Shown here: piece by piece, positions 50,226-63,928 of the stretch
How the letters are laid out: the number at the start of each line of letters is the position of its first letter
Position numbering within the stretch: the stretch's first letter is position 1
Assembly: GCF_001194135.2 (NCBI RefSeq)
Contig: NC_068984.1
Span: 30,477,545-30,541,522 of the forward strand
Source of the DNA: Octopus bimaculoides
Taxonomy: Eukaryota
DNA: 63,978 nt
Reading direction: 5' to 3'
Translations under genes and position numbers: made by a program
The notes under the pieces: generated by a model
The model's database searches: none
Told to the model about the DNA's origin: nothing
The model's input: only the letters and a program-made list of their open reading frames with translations

Positions 50226-52759
50226 CACATCCCCCCCTGCACCATTATAAGTAAAGTAGCTGAGCCTGTGCCATCAACAATGATGGCTAATTGCAGTATT
50301 TCATATATAAATAAGGTACATAATAATCACACATACAAACATTAACATACTTCCCTTGTACATGCGCACACATGTACACATATACTAACACAGAGTTGAA
50401 ACGCTGAATTTTTTTTCACCTCTTCCTTCTTTATTCATCTTTCATCCCTTCCTTTCTCCCATTGCTATTACTTTCTCTCACTCCATCTCAGTTGGGGCTT
50501 TTACTCTCAGTACTTCTCCTTCACTGAATTATTATTTTCTCCCCGCTTCCACGTCCAACATGGTTCTGGACAAATATATATGTACAGATATATAAAAACT
50601 CTTCACATATTATTATGTTAGGAGATGCCTCTATCGTTTTCGTAGCAGTCTTGTTTCAGCACATCCAAAAATGAGTTGTTTGCTTTTGAGTTAAACATTT
50701 TTAAAATTATTAATTTTTGTTTTGTTACTATTTTTTATATACATTGATCCATGAAAGAATGCATTGGATAGCTTTACAAATTCATGAGTATAATTAACAA
50801 CAGGAATCTATTCTTCATGTTTACATGCTTTGCTTTGAAATGGAAATGGCATCACATAGTGTTTCTTAGGTAGGTGTTCTCTGTGGAGCAAGTGTATAAA
50901 AAATTATTTTTAAATGTGTATAAAACAATAGCAATGACAGGAACTTAGTTGTTCTTTGTGTAACAAAAATAAATAAATATTCTTTGTGCAGATTGTGTGA
51001 AGAGTGGATTCTTGTCTATGACACCAAAACCTGGATTATGAAGCAGGTAGAAAAACAAAACCTGAAACTGAGGACCTAACAAATCTAATGATGGACAGAG
51101 ATTCCTGTAAATGCATTTTAGTTGTGGCTGCTTGAAGAAAAAAGTATTAAATACTCAACACATGCTCTTATGATTTCTCTCTTTCTCTCTTGCTCACTCT
51201 CTCTTCTCTTTTTCTCTCTAACTATCTGCCTCTCCTTCTCTGCCTACTTGTCTCCTCTCATTCTGTCATTTTCTGTCTCTCACACTCACATGCACACTCT
51301 ATCATGGAATGAGTTACTATGGAGACAGTTTACAAAACTGATACCTACTGACACCCTCTCAGTTTATTACCTGCTATGCAAGCAATTTAGCAAGTTGCTG
51401 GCAACATCCTTAATACATGCAAGCAACATATTTAATCCTCTATAAATCGTGCCAGTATTCTGAATATAAAATTTACAAAAATTCAAATGAATATATTTTC
51501 TTTTATAACGTTGTAGGCTTTTAGAAGATGTGTGTAGTTGTAAATCCATGATTCAAAATAGTTTTTGCACACACTCTACTCTATCTCAACATGCTGTGAA
51601 TATAATGTTTTTGACATGAGAAAATATTAGCATCTTGGCAATTGAGAGTTATTAGAAAAGCATAAAGGATAAATAAATGAAATCCTATAGAGTGCGAAAA
51701 TATTAACAAACTTTAAAATAGCTTATCAACTGCTTTCTACATTCACAAAATTGGTTTAGCAAATAACAATAATAATAATGGTTTCAAATTTTGGTGCAAG
51801 AACAGCAATTTTGGAGGTAAAAATATGTTGGTTAAATCGACCCCAGTGCTCAACTGGTACTTATTTTATTGATCCTGAAAGAATGAAAGGTAAAGACGAC
51901 CATGGTAGCATTTGAACTCAGAATATAAATTCAGAAGAAATGCTGTTGAATATTTTGTCTAGTATGGTGACACTTTTACCTGCTCATCACCTTAAATAAT
52001 GTTAATAACAATAAAAATAGTCTTAATAATGCTGTTCATCACCATTGTCACTGTTTTTGTCTTTATCAGCATCATCATAATCATCAGCACGACTGTTGTC
52101 AGCGTTTTCATTGTTGTCCTCACAAATGTTGTTGTTATGGTGATTGTCAACAATGGTAGCTGTGGTCATAAGGGACACTGTGATCATCAACATTGTCACC
52201 TCAGTCACCACTGCTGTCATCACCATCATTGTCATCATCATCATCAGTAGCAGCATGAACAGCAATGTTTTAACTTCATTATTTGTCTTGCTAGCATTAA
52301 TTTTCCATGCTTGCTACAAAAAATATTGCTATTTCTGATGTTTTCTATAAATTCTCATCTTTGCAGCTCAGCATCTTGACATCTATCAATGTTTCTGATC
52401 ACTTATTCATAAGCTGAGCTTCTATATATTCCAAGAAGTTGTAACTTGCTAGAAATAGCAGACAAATTCCATTCCAATCACAGCATATCATTGGAAATAA
52501 TAAAGGACTCAGTGAACATTGTAATCCTAGATGTACAAAAGAAAAAAAAAAGAAAGAAAATATGAGGAATACATCTGCTGGGATGCTTTTAATCAAAAGT
52601 CTGCTTGACAAGGACTTAAAACTTCAATGACAGTAGCAATAAAATTTCACCTGGTTATATTGTTCAAAACTGCAATCAACAAATAAGGCAAAGCATGTTT
52701 TCTCCCAGGTCTTATACACCCTGCATTCTATTATGCCCATAGTAGGCAATCCTATTTTC

Positions 52760-53095
52760 TGTATAGTGTCGCCCTCCTGGCACTTGTGCCGGTGGCACAT
52801 TAAAAGTTATTCGAGCGAGATCATTGCCAGTGCTGCTGGACTGGCTCCCGTGCAGGTGGCACGTAAAATACACCATTTTGAGCATGGCCATTGCCAGTAC
52901 CGCCTGACTGGCCTTCGTGCCAGTGGCACGTAAAAGCACCCACTACACTCTCAGAGTGGTTGGCGTTAGGAAGGGCATCCAGCTGTAGAAACTCTGCCAA
53001 ATCAGATTGTAGCCATCTGGTTCACCAGTCCTCAGTCAAATCGTCCAACCCATGCTATCATGGAAAGCAGATGTTAAATGATGATGATGATGATG
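52760..53095 (+). mobile_element. Short RTE-tail element (non-autonomous or extreme 5' truncation)
   Basis: Three GTG(C/C)..GTGGCAC..AAAA modules followed by the same tail as the young RTE. Further tail-only copies: 8095-8285(+), 11997-12100(+), 20262-20500(-), 35770-35910(+), 42525-42600(-), 48725-48885(-), 53235-53447(+), 55407-55595(-). Confidence 0.8.
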
Positions 53096-53457
53096 ATTGG
53101 CTGATGGTTTTAATGTCTCAATGCTCTTTCGCCTTACTCATGTGCCACTTTCCATGAAGGGAAATACTATATATTTAATAAATCATGCCTACTTAAATAC
53201 GTTTCATCCACTATAGAGCCAATTCACAGTTATGGCAGATGCCAGTGTCACACAAATGGCACCCATGTCAGTGGCATGTAATAGCACCCATTACACTCTC
53301 GGAATGGTTGGTATTAGGAAGTATATCTGGCCATAGAAAACCATACCAAATCAGACTGGAATCTGGTGCAGCTTCCCAGTGCACCAGGCCAGGTTAAACT
53401 GTCCAACCCATGCCAGCATGGACAACAGACGTTAAATAATGATGATGAGACATATAT

Positions 53458-53492
<35 letters not shown>

Positions 53493-54139
53493 NNNNNNNN
53501 NNNNNNNNNNNNNNNNNNNNNNNNNNNNNNNNNNNNNNNNNNNNNNNNNNNNNNNNNNNNNNNNNNNNNNNNNNNNNNNNNNNNNNNNNNNNNNNNNNNN
53601 NNNNNNNNNNNNNNNNNNNNNNNNNNNNNNNNNNNNNNNNNNNNNNNNNNNNNNNNNNNNNNNNNNNNNNNNNNNNNNNNNNNNNNNNNNNNNNNNNNNN
53701 NNNNNNNNNNNNNNNNNNNNNNNNNNNNNNNNNNNNNNNNNNNNNNNNNNNNNNNNNNNNNNNNNNNNNNNNNNNNNNNNNNNNNNNNNNNNNNNNNNNN
53801 NNNNNNNNNNNNNNNNNNNNNNNNNNNNNNNNNNNNNNNNNNNNNNNNNNNNNNNNNNNNNNNNNNNNNNNNNNNNNNNNNNNNNNNNNNNNNNNNNNNN
53901 NNNNNNNNNNNNNNNNNNNNNNNNNNNNNNNNNNNNNNNNNNNNNNNNNNNNNNNNNNNNNNNNNNNNNNNNNNNNNNNNNNNNNNNNNNNNNNNNNNNN
54001 NNNNNNNNNNNNNNNNNNNNNNNNNNNNNNNNNNNNNNNNNNNNNNNNNNNNNNNNNNNNNNNNNNNNNNNNNNNNNNNNNNNNNNNNNNNNNNNNNNNN
54101 NNNNNNNNNNNNNNNNNNNNNNNNNNNNNNNNNNNNNNN

Positions 54140-54173
<34 letters not shown>

Positions 54174-57100
54174 TATATATATGTATACATATATATGCAT
54201 ATGTATGTATATGTATGTACATATGTATGCATATATATAAATTCATACATACAGATATATACACACACACAGATATGTGTGTGTTTGTGTATGTATAATT
54301 GATTGGACATACACTTTCATTATTAGATAAAAATATTTTCCGCTTGAGTAAGTCTGATTCAGTTGGGTATATTTGTTTTTTAATTAAGATAAAAATACAA
54401 GATGAAAATATAACAAAAACCTAGAGCCAAAAAAAAAATATACTAAATAAAAACGTCAGGCACTTGTAGCATATTTTATTTTTACATTATTCCTCCATCT
54501 GGAATGGAAACTAAGCTGATGCTATTGAATGTAATCTTTCCATTTATTATACAAGAATTGTAAGAAGATTTCTCCTGATAAACATTAAAAAAAAAAACAT
54601 TCTGCCGATACCTAATAGAAAGAAAACAGCCTTCCCTGGTTTTAGTCAGACACTTATCATCAGGATCATCGTCATCATCATCGTCATCAGTGTTTAATAT
54701 CAGTTTATTTACTTTAACCGATTTTTTTTTTTTTTTTCTTTTTTCTATTTTTCAGGCTGTATATTTTCACTTGTAACCACTTAAAGATGTCGAATCATTG
54801 TACATATAATATGAGCTGTGTAGACTTGCATTCCTGTGCTCAGATTTTGTGATGATTAGGCTGCAGAAGTTCTCCCTTAGCCTCAACACGAACAATTACC
54901 CATTGAAGGATTCAAGGGGAGTAATTACGTTGAATATGGAATTATACTTTTATTAAATCTAACTACTTTGAATGAATTGGCTTAGTGCATTTACTGTGTT
55001 GTAAACATCATTTGGATGTACTTGCCAGAATGTTGTATTGGCATTAAAGTTCTTTCTGCTCAAAGATTAATTTTGTTTTCTGTTAATTACACTCCTAGAT
55101 GTATTAGTCTGAGTATAGCTTCAGGATATATATTCCCCCACTGAAAGAGAAAAGTAGAGAAATAGCATCCAAGCAAGACTAAATTGGTTTGAAGGATATG
55201 TTAACATAAAACTATGGTGATTAATATAGAGATAAGGTGGATATGGAAAGAAAACGGTAAAGTAACAGGAAGGAAGTAAGTAGTCAAACAAATGTGAGGG
55301 AAAAAAATGGATGATAGCTTTGTTCAAAGCAAATTATGGGATATTGATCTGATTGCTTGAAAGCTAGTTGAAAATGAATTTTACAGTTAGAGGCAGGTAC
55401 AACTCAATTTATAGCACATCATCATCATCATTAACATTTAACTTCTATTTTCCATGTTGGCATGGGTTGGATAGCAAGGTCAGGGTCTGCACCAGGTTCC
55501 ATGGTCTGTGTTGGCTTGGTTTCCAAAGCTTGAGGCCCTTCCTAATGCCAACCACTTTTTACTTGATAGCGCAGGTGCTTTTTACATGGTAACATCACCT
55601 TAAAATGAAACATATTATTCATTGGATGACAAACAGGAAATTACTGAGAATGCATATCATACTGGATTAAGAAAGTATGAAATTAAATACTTAGGTACCC
55701 AAAGGAAGCAAACTTTTCATAGATACCAAAAATAAGTGAGAGGAAAAGTGGCAGGACATGTTCGATTATCAGTTGTTTAACTGTGTTAACTTATGACTAT
55801 AGGTTAAAAGAAAAAGGAGAAAATAATATATCAGGCTAACAAAGATACCAAAAGCCATTCTCTTTTCCATTTCTAGTTATGCCAACATGACACATTTTAT
55901 TTTATAAATTATTTAATAATATGTCATGAAGCAACAAAAGGTCCAAAAGAGGCTATAAGATACTCACAAGACTTGAAGTATCTTCTGTAGCATGTGTGTC
56001 ATGGTCACAAGATGCATGGCTTGAATCCCAGTGATAGCTTTTAGCTCTTTTCTCCATCCAGGAGGAGTTATTTTCTAAAACTCAATATACAATAGCTTTC
56101 TTTATTGCTGTATTCAGTTTGAGATACATCTTGATGGTTTTACAATTATTTTATAGATACAGACATTAGATTTTATACCTTAAAAGTGTGTTAATCATCT
56201 TGAAGCTGGGATGCTCTCTTACTTTTAACAATAATAGTTTAATATTTAAAAAAAAATTTTTTTGTTTGAAATGAAATTTAGAGCTGGAATACATTTCTCT
56301 TTTAAATCGTATTCATAGGTACAAATCCTTTAGTTTTTTTAATTCCCTTAGACAACTCAATTTACTAGAAATAGCAGTCAAATCTTCCATGAAACACATC
56401 ATATCTCCTCCAATAAGGAAAAGACACATGAGATAATGTGGTCCTAAATACCTAAGAAGATGAGATGATTATGGCTGGAATACCTTTGATTATAGGTTTA
56501 TTCTACCAAAGTTGACCTGGGGATTGAACTTCAACAAACACAACACATTTATTTGAAAGCCAATAAGATATCTATTACATGGTTACTCAACCTTCTAGAT
56601 TTAAATGAAAAATTACCATAAGCCATACTATCCCTACTACCTCAAGGAAAGGGCACATTAAACAATATAATCCAAGATAGGCCTAAAAGGATGAAATATA
56701 AGGTACAGTCAAGGGTGGAAGGCTTTTGATCATAAATCTTCACAATCAGAGATGACCTCTACTAAACAACAATTCCTTTAAATGCTTTAGTAACCCAACC
56801 TCTAATTAACTTAAGTATTTGCTTCTACAGATGACCATTATAAAAAAGGTATTGAGCTGCTGACATAATTTATATTTTCTATTTTTCAGATGTGTTACTG
56901 AGATATGAAGTACTCCTGAGCCTCAGAAGCTTGCAACAGAACTGGACTCTGCTAAAGGCTCCTAAGACCTAGGTAGAAGTGTTAAACCAGAAGATGAATT
57001 AAATTTACCATCAAACTTTTCTAGGAGTGATTATTCTGATGTTGAGCTTTGCAGAGCTATTTACTCTATGCCAATAATGCCATGAATAAAGTCAGCTTTC

Positions 57101-57898
57101 TGTATCTAAAAGTTATTTGTGGATACAAGCAGGGATATTTAATATATTGATCAAGTATGTTGATCCTTATTTCCAACAGTTGTTGAATGCATTGTTTACT
57201 TAAAGCAAACTTTGCTTGAGGAAATACTGAACAAAATCAAAAAAAAAAAAGATAAAAGATGAAAATAAAAGTAAAATAAACAAAGTAAATAGATATTTTC
57301 TGAGTGCTATATTGTAATTCAGAGCAAACACTCATCTATTATACAGTGATAACATTGCTTACAGCATTTAAAGGAGAGGAGCATGTAACCATTACAAATA
57401 TTATAAGAAGAAAAAATATGCATGCAAACCTATTATTGTAGAAGGTGCATCAGTAATGTGCTGCTGTTCAGAGTAGTTTTATGCACTCCAATATTAACTT
57501 CTCAGATACCTTTTCTCCTAATTACAATATAAACCACCAGGATCAGGATGATGGAGTGAGTACATAAAATGTTCTGATCCAGATTAGATGCAGTTTAGGT
57601 ATTTAGTTTTGTATTGCATGTTGCTAAATTCAAAATTTGGTACAATTTTTTTGTTTTTGTTTTACATTTGTCTCATGTGAAGAAAAACAGCAGTAATATT
57701 TCATATATCAATCTGCACCCTGACAAATATTCTTTTAAAACAGAAATCTTGAGCCTAAGAGACAGACTCTTATGATACCAGCATTATTGTTGTGTAAAAT
57801 AGCCAGCCATTATTTATTCTAAAATGTCTTCACTTATTCCTATAAATATAAAACGGTGGTTTCTGTTGCTATAAACTCTCATAGGATTCTTTATATAA

Positions 57899-58115
57899 CC
57901 CTTTAGCATTTAAACTAGTCATATTCAGCCCAAATATTCTACCTATTTTATGCTCAAACTGGCCAAATCTGGCCTCTCACATCTACCCTACAATATCACC
58001 CTAAAATTATACAATCATATTGAAATCTCAAAGCTATGAGATAATAAATGATTAATGCAAAACATCATGAATAAATAAGCTTTACATTTGGCAGAATAAT
58101 CTGAATGTTAACGGG
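57899..58115. mobile_element. piggyBac-type MITE (CCC...GGG termini)
   Basis: ATAA|CCCTTTAGCATT ... GAATGTTAACGGG|TCAG, with degenerate TTAA flanks. Confidence 0.5.
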
Positions 58116-58191
58116 TCAGTTATTTACCCTTGTATTATGGATTTGCTAGAACAGAATTTATAGATGGCGCAATAAACAGAAAAGTAGAAGT

Positions 58192-58445
58192 AAAGTAAAG
58201 TTCCTTCCTGGGTCATACTGGTTCACAAGGGTCAGATTCCTGGTTTCCATGGCCTATTTATTCCCCACCTGGATGGCACACCTGTCCATCTCAGCATTAC
58301 TCTTTTTTTGCAAGCTGAGTGGATTGGATCAATGTGAAATGAAATGTTTTGCTCAAGAACACAACATGTTGCCCAATCCAGGAATTGAAATCACAATCTT
58401 ACAATCATGAGTCCAACACCCTAACCACTAAGCCACATGCCTCCA
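58192..58445 (-). mobile_element. tRNA-derived SINE (C-related)
   Basis: The reverse complement starts GGAGGCATGTGGCTTAGTGGTTAGGG and ends in (ACTTT)n. Confidence 0.7.
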
Positions 58446-59568
58446 TTATAAACAGAAAAAACAACATCAATTATTCTTGTCATCTTTATTGCCATGGTTG
58501 TCGTATCATTAGAATCATCTTCATTTTTTACACTTACCAATAGCTGTGGTCAAAAGAAGATGTAGAAAGAAGTAGTGACATCTGATCGAAGAGTTTTTGG
58601 CCCCAAAACAAAATGATACAATATTAGGAAGAATGGTGATATTCAGCAGTGCTACAAATCTGTTAAAGCCATAATTGCATAGAGGATAGAAGTTAAAAGG
58701 ATGTGGATGATAATGTCAACAATTATCAAGATAGCAAAAGCAGTGATGATGATGTTGACAATGAAGAAGAAAAGGTAGAAATTTTTAGGGATTTGCTCTT
58801 CACTGACAGAATCAAGGGTCTATTAAACACTACTTAAAACTCAGCATACCTTTCTACTCTCATACAAAAGAACAAAAAATTCCTTGATGATTTTTAAGTA
58901 CTCAGTAACCCAAGTAATTCTGAATCCTTATATGTGAAAGTAGCTTGCTGTAAAACTGCATGTGTGTGTGTCGGTGTGTGTGTGTGTGTGTGCGCGTGTG
59001 TGTGTGTGTACGTGTGTGTGTACGTGTGTGTGTGTACGTGTGTGTGTGTGTGTGTATGTGTGTGGTTGATGCATCAATGTGTATTTGTACATTTGCCTTT
59101 TCCTGACATTTTGATGTGTACTGCTTGTTAATATTTCAATAGTTCAACAGTTGTAAGATGACATTTGCATTAAAAAAAAAACACATTTTCCAAACTGCAT
59201 GCTGCTTCACACAATTACCATTCCTATCTTCACAAACCCTTTACACACTTATACTTAAAAACATTCACACACACACACACACCCACGCACATACACACAT
59301 GTACGTAAACATATATAGATATGATTGTTAGTACATCCATAAAAAATTGCATATAAATACTTATGTAGATGCTAGCATACCTCAACATACATGCACATAC
59401 ATATAGAGATATTTGAATACATATACACTTAAATTCATGTTATGTATAAAAATATCTCCATGCTATCGAATATGCAAATACATATAAGGTAAAAGGTAAA
59501 AAACACCCATCAGTTAGGAATTCCCGTGAGTGGATTTGGTAGACGGAAACTGAAAGAAACCCGTCGTA

Positions 59569-59619
<51 letters not shown>

Positions 59620-60881
59620 ATGTGTGTTTGTGTGTCTGTGTTTGTCCCCCCACCATCGCTTGACAACCGATGCTGGTGTGTTTATGTCCCCGTAACTTAG
59701 TTGTTCGGCAAAAAGAGGCCGATAGAATAAGTACTAGGCTTACAAAGAATAAGTCCTGGGGTCGACTTGCATGACTAAAGGTGGTGCTCCAGCATGGCCA
59801 CAGTCAAATGACTGAAACAAGTAAAAGAGTAAAAGAGTAAAAGAGTATAAGTGAAATTATGCTAAATACTACTAAACTGTGAACATTTCCCCCCTGGCCA
59901 TATTAGCAATTCTGAAAACTTTTGGATGTGAATATTACATGAGTAGAAGCTTTTTAAAACAGTTTTTATCCTCAAAATCACCTACGTAAATTACACAGGG
60001 GTGCAAATTACATGGGTTTTTACAGTTTATGTATATATTTAATTGTATGTGTCATTGTGTCTGTGTTTTTCTCCGACTGCTGCTTCACAACCGATGTTCT
60101 TGTGTTTATGTCCCTGTAACTTAGTGGTTCAGTATAAAAGAATGAAAGAATAAATACCAGGCTTAAAAAAATAAGTCCTGGGGTCGATTTGTTTGACTTG
60201 AATCCTTCAAGGCAGTGCCCTGGCAGGACCACAATCGAATGACTGAAACAAGTAAAAGAGAAAAGATGCATACATACATACATACTGCCTCACAGAAAAT
60301 ATCATGTCCATTGTTCCTCGCTCAGGTCTGAAACCAAACTGTTCTTCAGGAATCACATGTGGACACATTCTCGACAAAACGATCTAACATGATCCTTGGA
60401 AGTATCTTCCTGGTATGTGACAGGAGAGTTATCCCTCTAAAATTACCACACACTGCTTTCGGGCCCTTACCCTTGTATACAGAAATTAGAATGGCATTTA
60501 TCCATTCTTGTGGCACAGAAGATTCATTCCAAACTCGAGTTATCAGGCTATGAATTTCAGATTAAATATGATCCCCACCTGCTTTCAGAATTTCAACTGG
60601 AATACCATCCAATCCAGGAGTGTTACCTGATCTCAATTTACATAATGCCAGATTCACTTCTTCAATGGAAGGTGTATCGTTCATGTGTTGCACTATCTCT
60701 CTTTGCAGAATGTTATGATATCCATATTCACTACAGATGGATTGTGGAAAATAGCTGCAAAGTGTTCTCTCCATCTATTCATTATTCCAGGAGGATCTTT
60801 CATAACCTCATTTCCATTTTTTGATTTCAAGAGAACATATGAAGATTGTGGTCCAAAAGCTTGCTGCAATAAACTGTAGAA

Positions 60882-61201
60882 TAGGGTGGAGTGAAAATAA
60901 AAAATTGTAGAAATTGAAAATACTTGAGAGCTCAAATGTTGCTATGTTTAATTATGAGAAAAAAGCTAAAATTTTGCTGATATCAATTAAAAGTATTTAT
61001 TCCCTCAAGCCCACTAAACTGAAAATAGGAGATTTTTGTAAATTTTTTACAATAGCTGGGTTTGAAGGAAGGGTATGAGGGAGTAAATGCTCTTGATTGA
61101 TTTAAGCAAAAATTTAGTATTTTTCTAGCAATCATGAATAACAAGATTTTAGGCCTCAGGCATTTTCAGTTTTTACAATTTTTTATTTTCACTCCACCTT
61201 A
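60882..61201. mobile_element. MITE with long TIRs inserted in the RTE relic
   Basis: GGTGGAGTGAAAATAAAAAATTGTAGAAATTGAAAATACTTGAG on the left matches the reverse complement of CTCAGGCATTTTCAGTTTTTACAATTTTTTATTTTCACTCCACC on the right. Confidence 0.8.
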
Positions 61202-61234
61202 ATACACATGTATGTGTGTTCAGGTATATAGATT

Positions 61235-61510
61235 CTGTTGTAAAAAATGGAAACGCTTGAGGCCTAAAATCTTGCTATATATTATTAATAGAAAAATGCT
61301 AAATTTTCGCTTAGATCAGTCAAAGGTATTTACTCCCTCAACCCCACCAAACTCTGCTATTGTAAAAGATTTACAAAAATCCCTCATTTTCAGAGTTTAG
61401 AAAGAATAAATGCCATTGATTGATCTCAACAAAAATTTAGCATTTTTCTAGTAATCAAATATAGCAACAGTTAGTCCTCAAGCGTTTTCAATTTCCACAA
61501 TTTTTCATAT
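61235..61510. mobile_element. Second, end-eroded copy of the same MITE family in opposite orientation
   Basis: Internal GCTATTGTAAAAGATTTACAAAAATCCCTCATTTTCAG is the reverse complement of the first copy's CTGAAAATAGGAGATTTTTGTAAATTTTTACAATAGC. Confidence 0.7.
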
Positions 61511-62976
61511 CCAGTCTTTCTTATCCATAGACTACCTGTACTTCTTCAGACACTTCTTCATGTGTCTTTAAGTCTCCTGAGTTATTTTTGCAAGTCTGCT
61601 TTCTGAGACTTGTACAACTTTTCTAGTTGCACTTTGTTCTTAATATTTGAGTCAAGAAGCTTTTCATATGTAGACCTCTTTGTTGCTAAAAGCTCATTTA
61701 TCACTGTATCATTGGAATAAAACCAGTCTCAGTGCTGTCTCCTCTGATACCATTTTATATATATTCCATCCGAGAAAGATTGCCATGAATCTTCAAAATA
61801 AACATTGCTGCATCTCTTCTGAAATAACTACAAAATTTGCAGTTGTTTAAGCTGCTCTACATCAATTTTCTTTGGTACTTGTACACCTGCACTACGAATT
61901 TTCTTGCAGACCCTGAACTTGAACTTGGCCCTAACCATTTTGTGAAAAGTATCACAATCAGCACCTCGCAATACTCTGAGACTGCGCAAATTTTGTAGTT
62001 AGCTTGCAGAGTTGATACATGACATTGCTTTGATCTTGGGTAAATCCAGGTAATTTTATGCTTCATCTTATGATGAAAGAAAGTATTCCCAACAATCAAC
62101 ACTAGCTCAGAGCACATTTTTAGCAGATGCAACCCATTGTTGTTTACCTTTGTTATTCTATGATGCCCAAGTACATTCCAAGCACCATAGTCTCTACCAA
62201 CACATACATTAAAGTCACCAAGCACAACCAACTTCTCATTCAAAGGGACTAACAAAATACTTCTTCTTGGCTCCTCATAAAATGCCTGGATATTTTCCTC
62301 ACTATCTGAAAGTGTAGGAGCATAAATGGAGAAAACAGTTACAAAACGTCGACAAGAAAGAGGGATCCGAAGTTTCATTATGCCTTTATTTATGCTTTGT
62401 GGTTGTTCTAAGTCTCTTTGTAAATCACTTCTAATTGCAAACCCAACACCACCTTCCCTTCTCCCTTTGGCTTCCCAACCCAGAATAATATGAAACCTGC
62501 TGTTCTTTCCACAAGATGATCTTCATCCGAACACCTTGTTTCAGAAAGAGCTGCAATATCTACATCAAGACACCTTAGCATCTTAGTTACTAGAGCTATT
62601 CTTCTTTCAGGCCTATTTGCTCAATCTAAAAGGGTTCTCACATTCCAACAGGCCAGGTTAAGAGAAACCTTATTCCTTGCATACTTGTTGCTATTGTTTA
62701 TATCAATTCTTTTCATTCCTGCTAAACTGAACCACCGTTAGCCGCAGTAAACTAACCAGCAGAGAAAGACAGACAATTTTTAGTGCACCTTTTCTAGCAC
62801 CTTCCCACTATATCGAAGTGAGCCACGTTCTCCTTAAAAGGGCTGCTCAAACACAGGATTCTCCACCAAAAACACTTCCTGTCCATGAAAACATGTTAGC
62901 GATGTTAAGATAAGAACCCTGCCGCTTTATGTGCAGATTTGTAACTGTATGCTTCAAACCAATAAAATCTACATAC

Positions 62977-63102
62977 GTTGCCACGCCTGTATCACCGTAG
63001 GAGTTTTGAAAAGCGATGATTGCATCATGATGATTCTTTGTCAGGGACATCTGTACTTCATTAGATTTCGGTGACAAATGGTTGTACAACACTTTTGCCA
63101 CT
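62977..63102 (-). CDS. Candidate 126-nt symmetric exon (may instead be element 5' sequence)
   Basis: CTACTGTTTGACCTTAG acceptor and AAC|GTATGT donor; single open frame VAKVLYNHLSPKSNEVQMSLTKNHHDAIIAFQNSYGDTGVA. Confidence 0.25.
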
Positions 63103-63645
63103 CTAAGGTCAAACAGTAGATTCTAGTGACAAGCAAAGCAAGATGACTAATACTAAGTTGACTGCAGGTTTTATATCAGAGTACCTTCTCCTACGCTTTT
63201 CCTCAAAAGGAGACTACAAGCCAGCAGTGGTAAGTCAAATTGAATTCAGAGTTTTATTCGCTTATATTGGTTGTCCTAATCACGGCTTCATTTCAAAACA
63301 AGATCTCAGTCAACCCCCGTCAACAGTCATGGTATTCATAGTGGTTTTATGTCAGAGTGTCCTTCTCCGAGAAGAGTTGAATTCACTAGGGCTAATGAGC
63401 CTCATCTTCACCCAACACACACACGCAGAAAAAATATATACACATGTACATATTAAAAAAAAAATAGAGATGAAATATTTGAAATTTTTACAATTTAAAA
63501 ATGTTTTTTTTTATAAAAATAAATAAATACATAGATAAATAAATCAATTCAAAATTATGAATATAAATAAAACTAATAAAAGATATATAGATATATAAAG
63601 ATATATAAAAAGAAAAAGATGTAAAAGATATAAAAATACATATGA

Positions 63646-63704
<59 letters not shown>

Positions 63705-63928
63705 TATACACCTATGTACACATAATGTTGGATGTTGGATGGCCAGTGACTAAACATGAGCTCTTCTGCCCTTTGTCAGGTCTTATTTTTCATCCTGCAG
63801 GTTGTCCAACAATCACCCTCTTCACCAAGTAAGCTTGGTGGGGTTACCAGTTTAGTCGCTGATGACCTGACGATGCAACAGATTGTACTAGGTTACATGT
63901 TACCAGTAGGGCTCGAGAGCAACCTGAC

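Larger units (their letters stand above)
60289..62850 (-). mobile_element. Degenerate RTE LINE (APE endonuclease to start of RT), interrupted by two MITEs
   Basis: LNLACWNVR start; FVTVFSIYAPTLS...LVVLGDFN; DWFYSND; RWREHF; KLRSGNTPGLDGIPVEILKAGG; EEQFGFRPERGTMDMIFSVRQ. Cut off at about 60289 next to a SINE. Confidence 0.85.

Noticed and set aside
54756-54950. Exon after a very strong polypyrimidine/CAG acceptor (also 56890 and 38222-38540 minus)
   Set aside because: No convincing open frame paired with a good donor; these could be non-coding exons but are unsupported.
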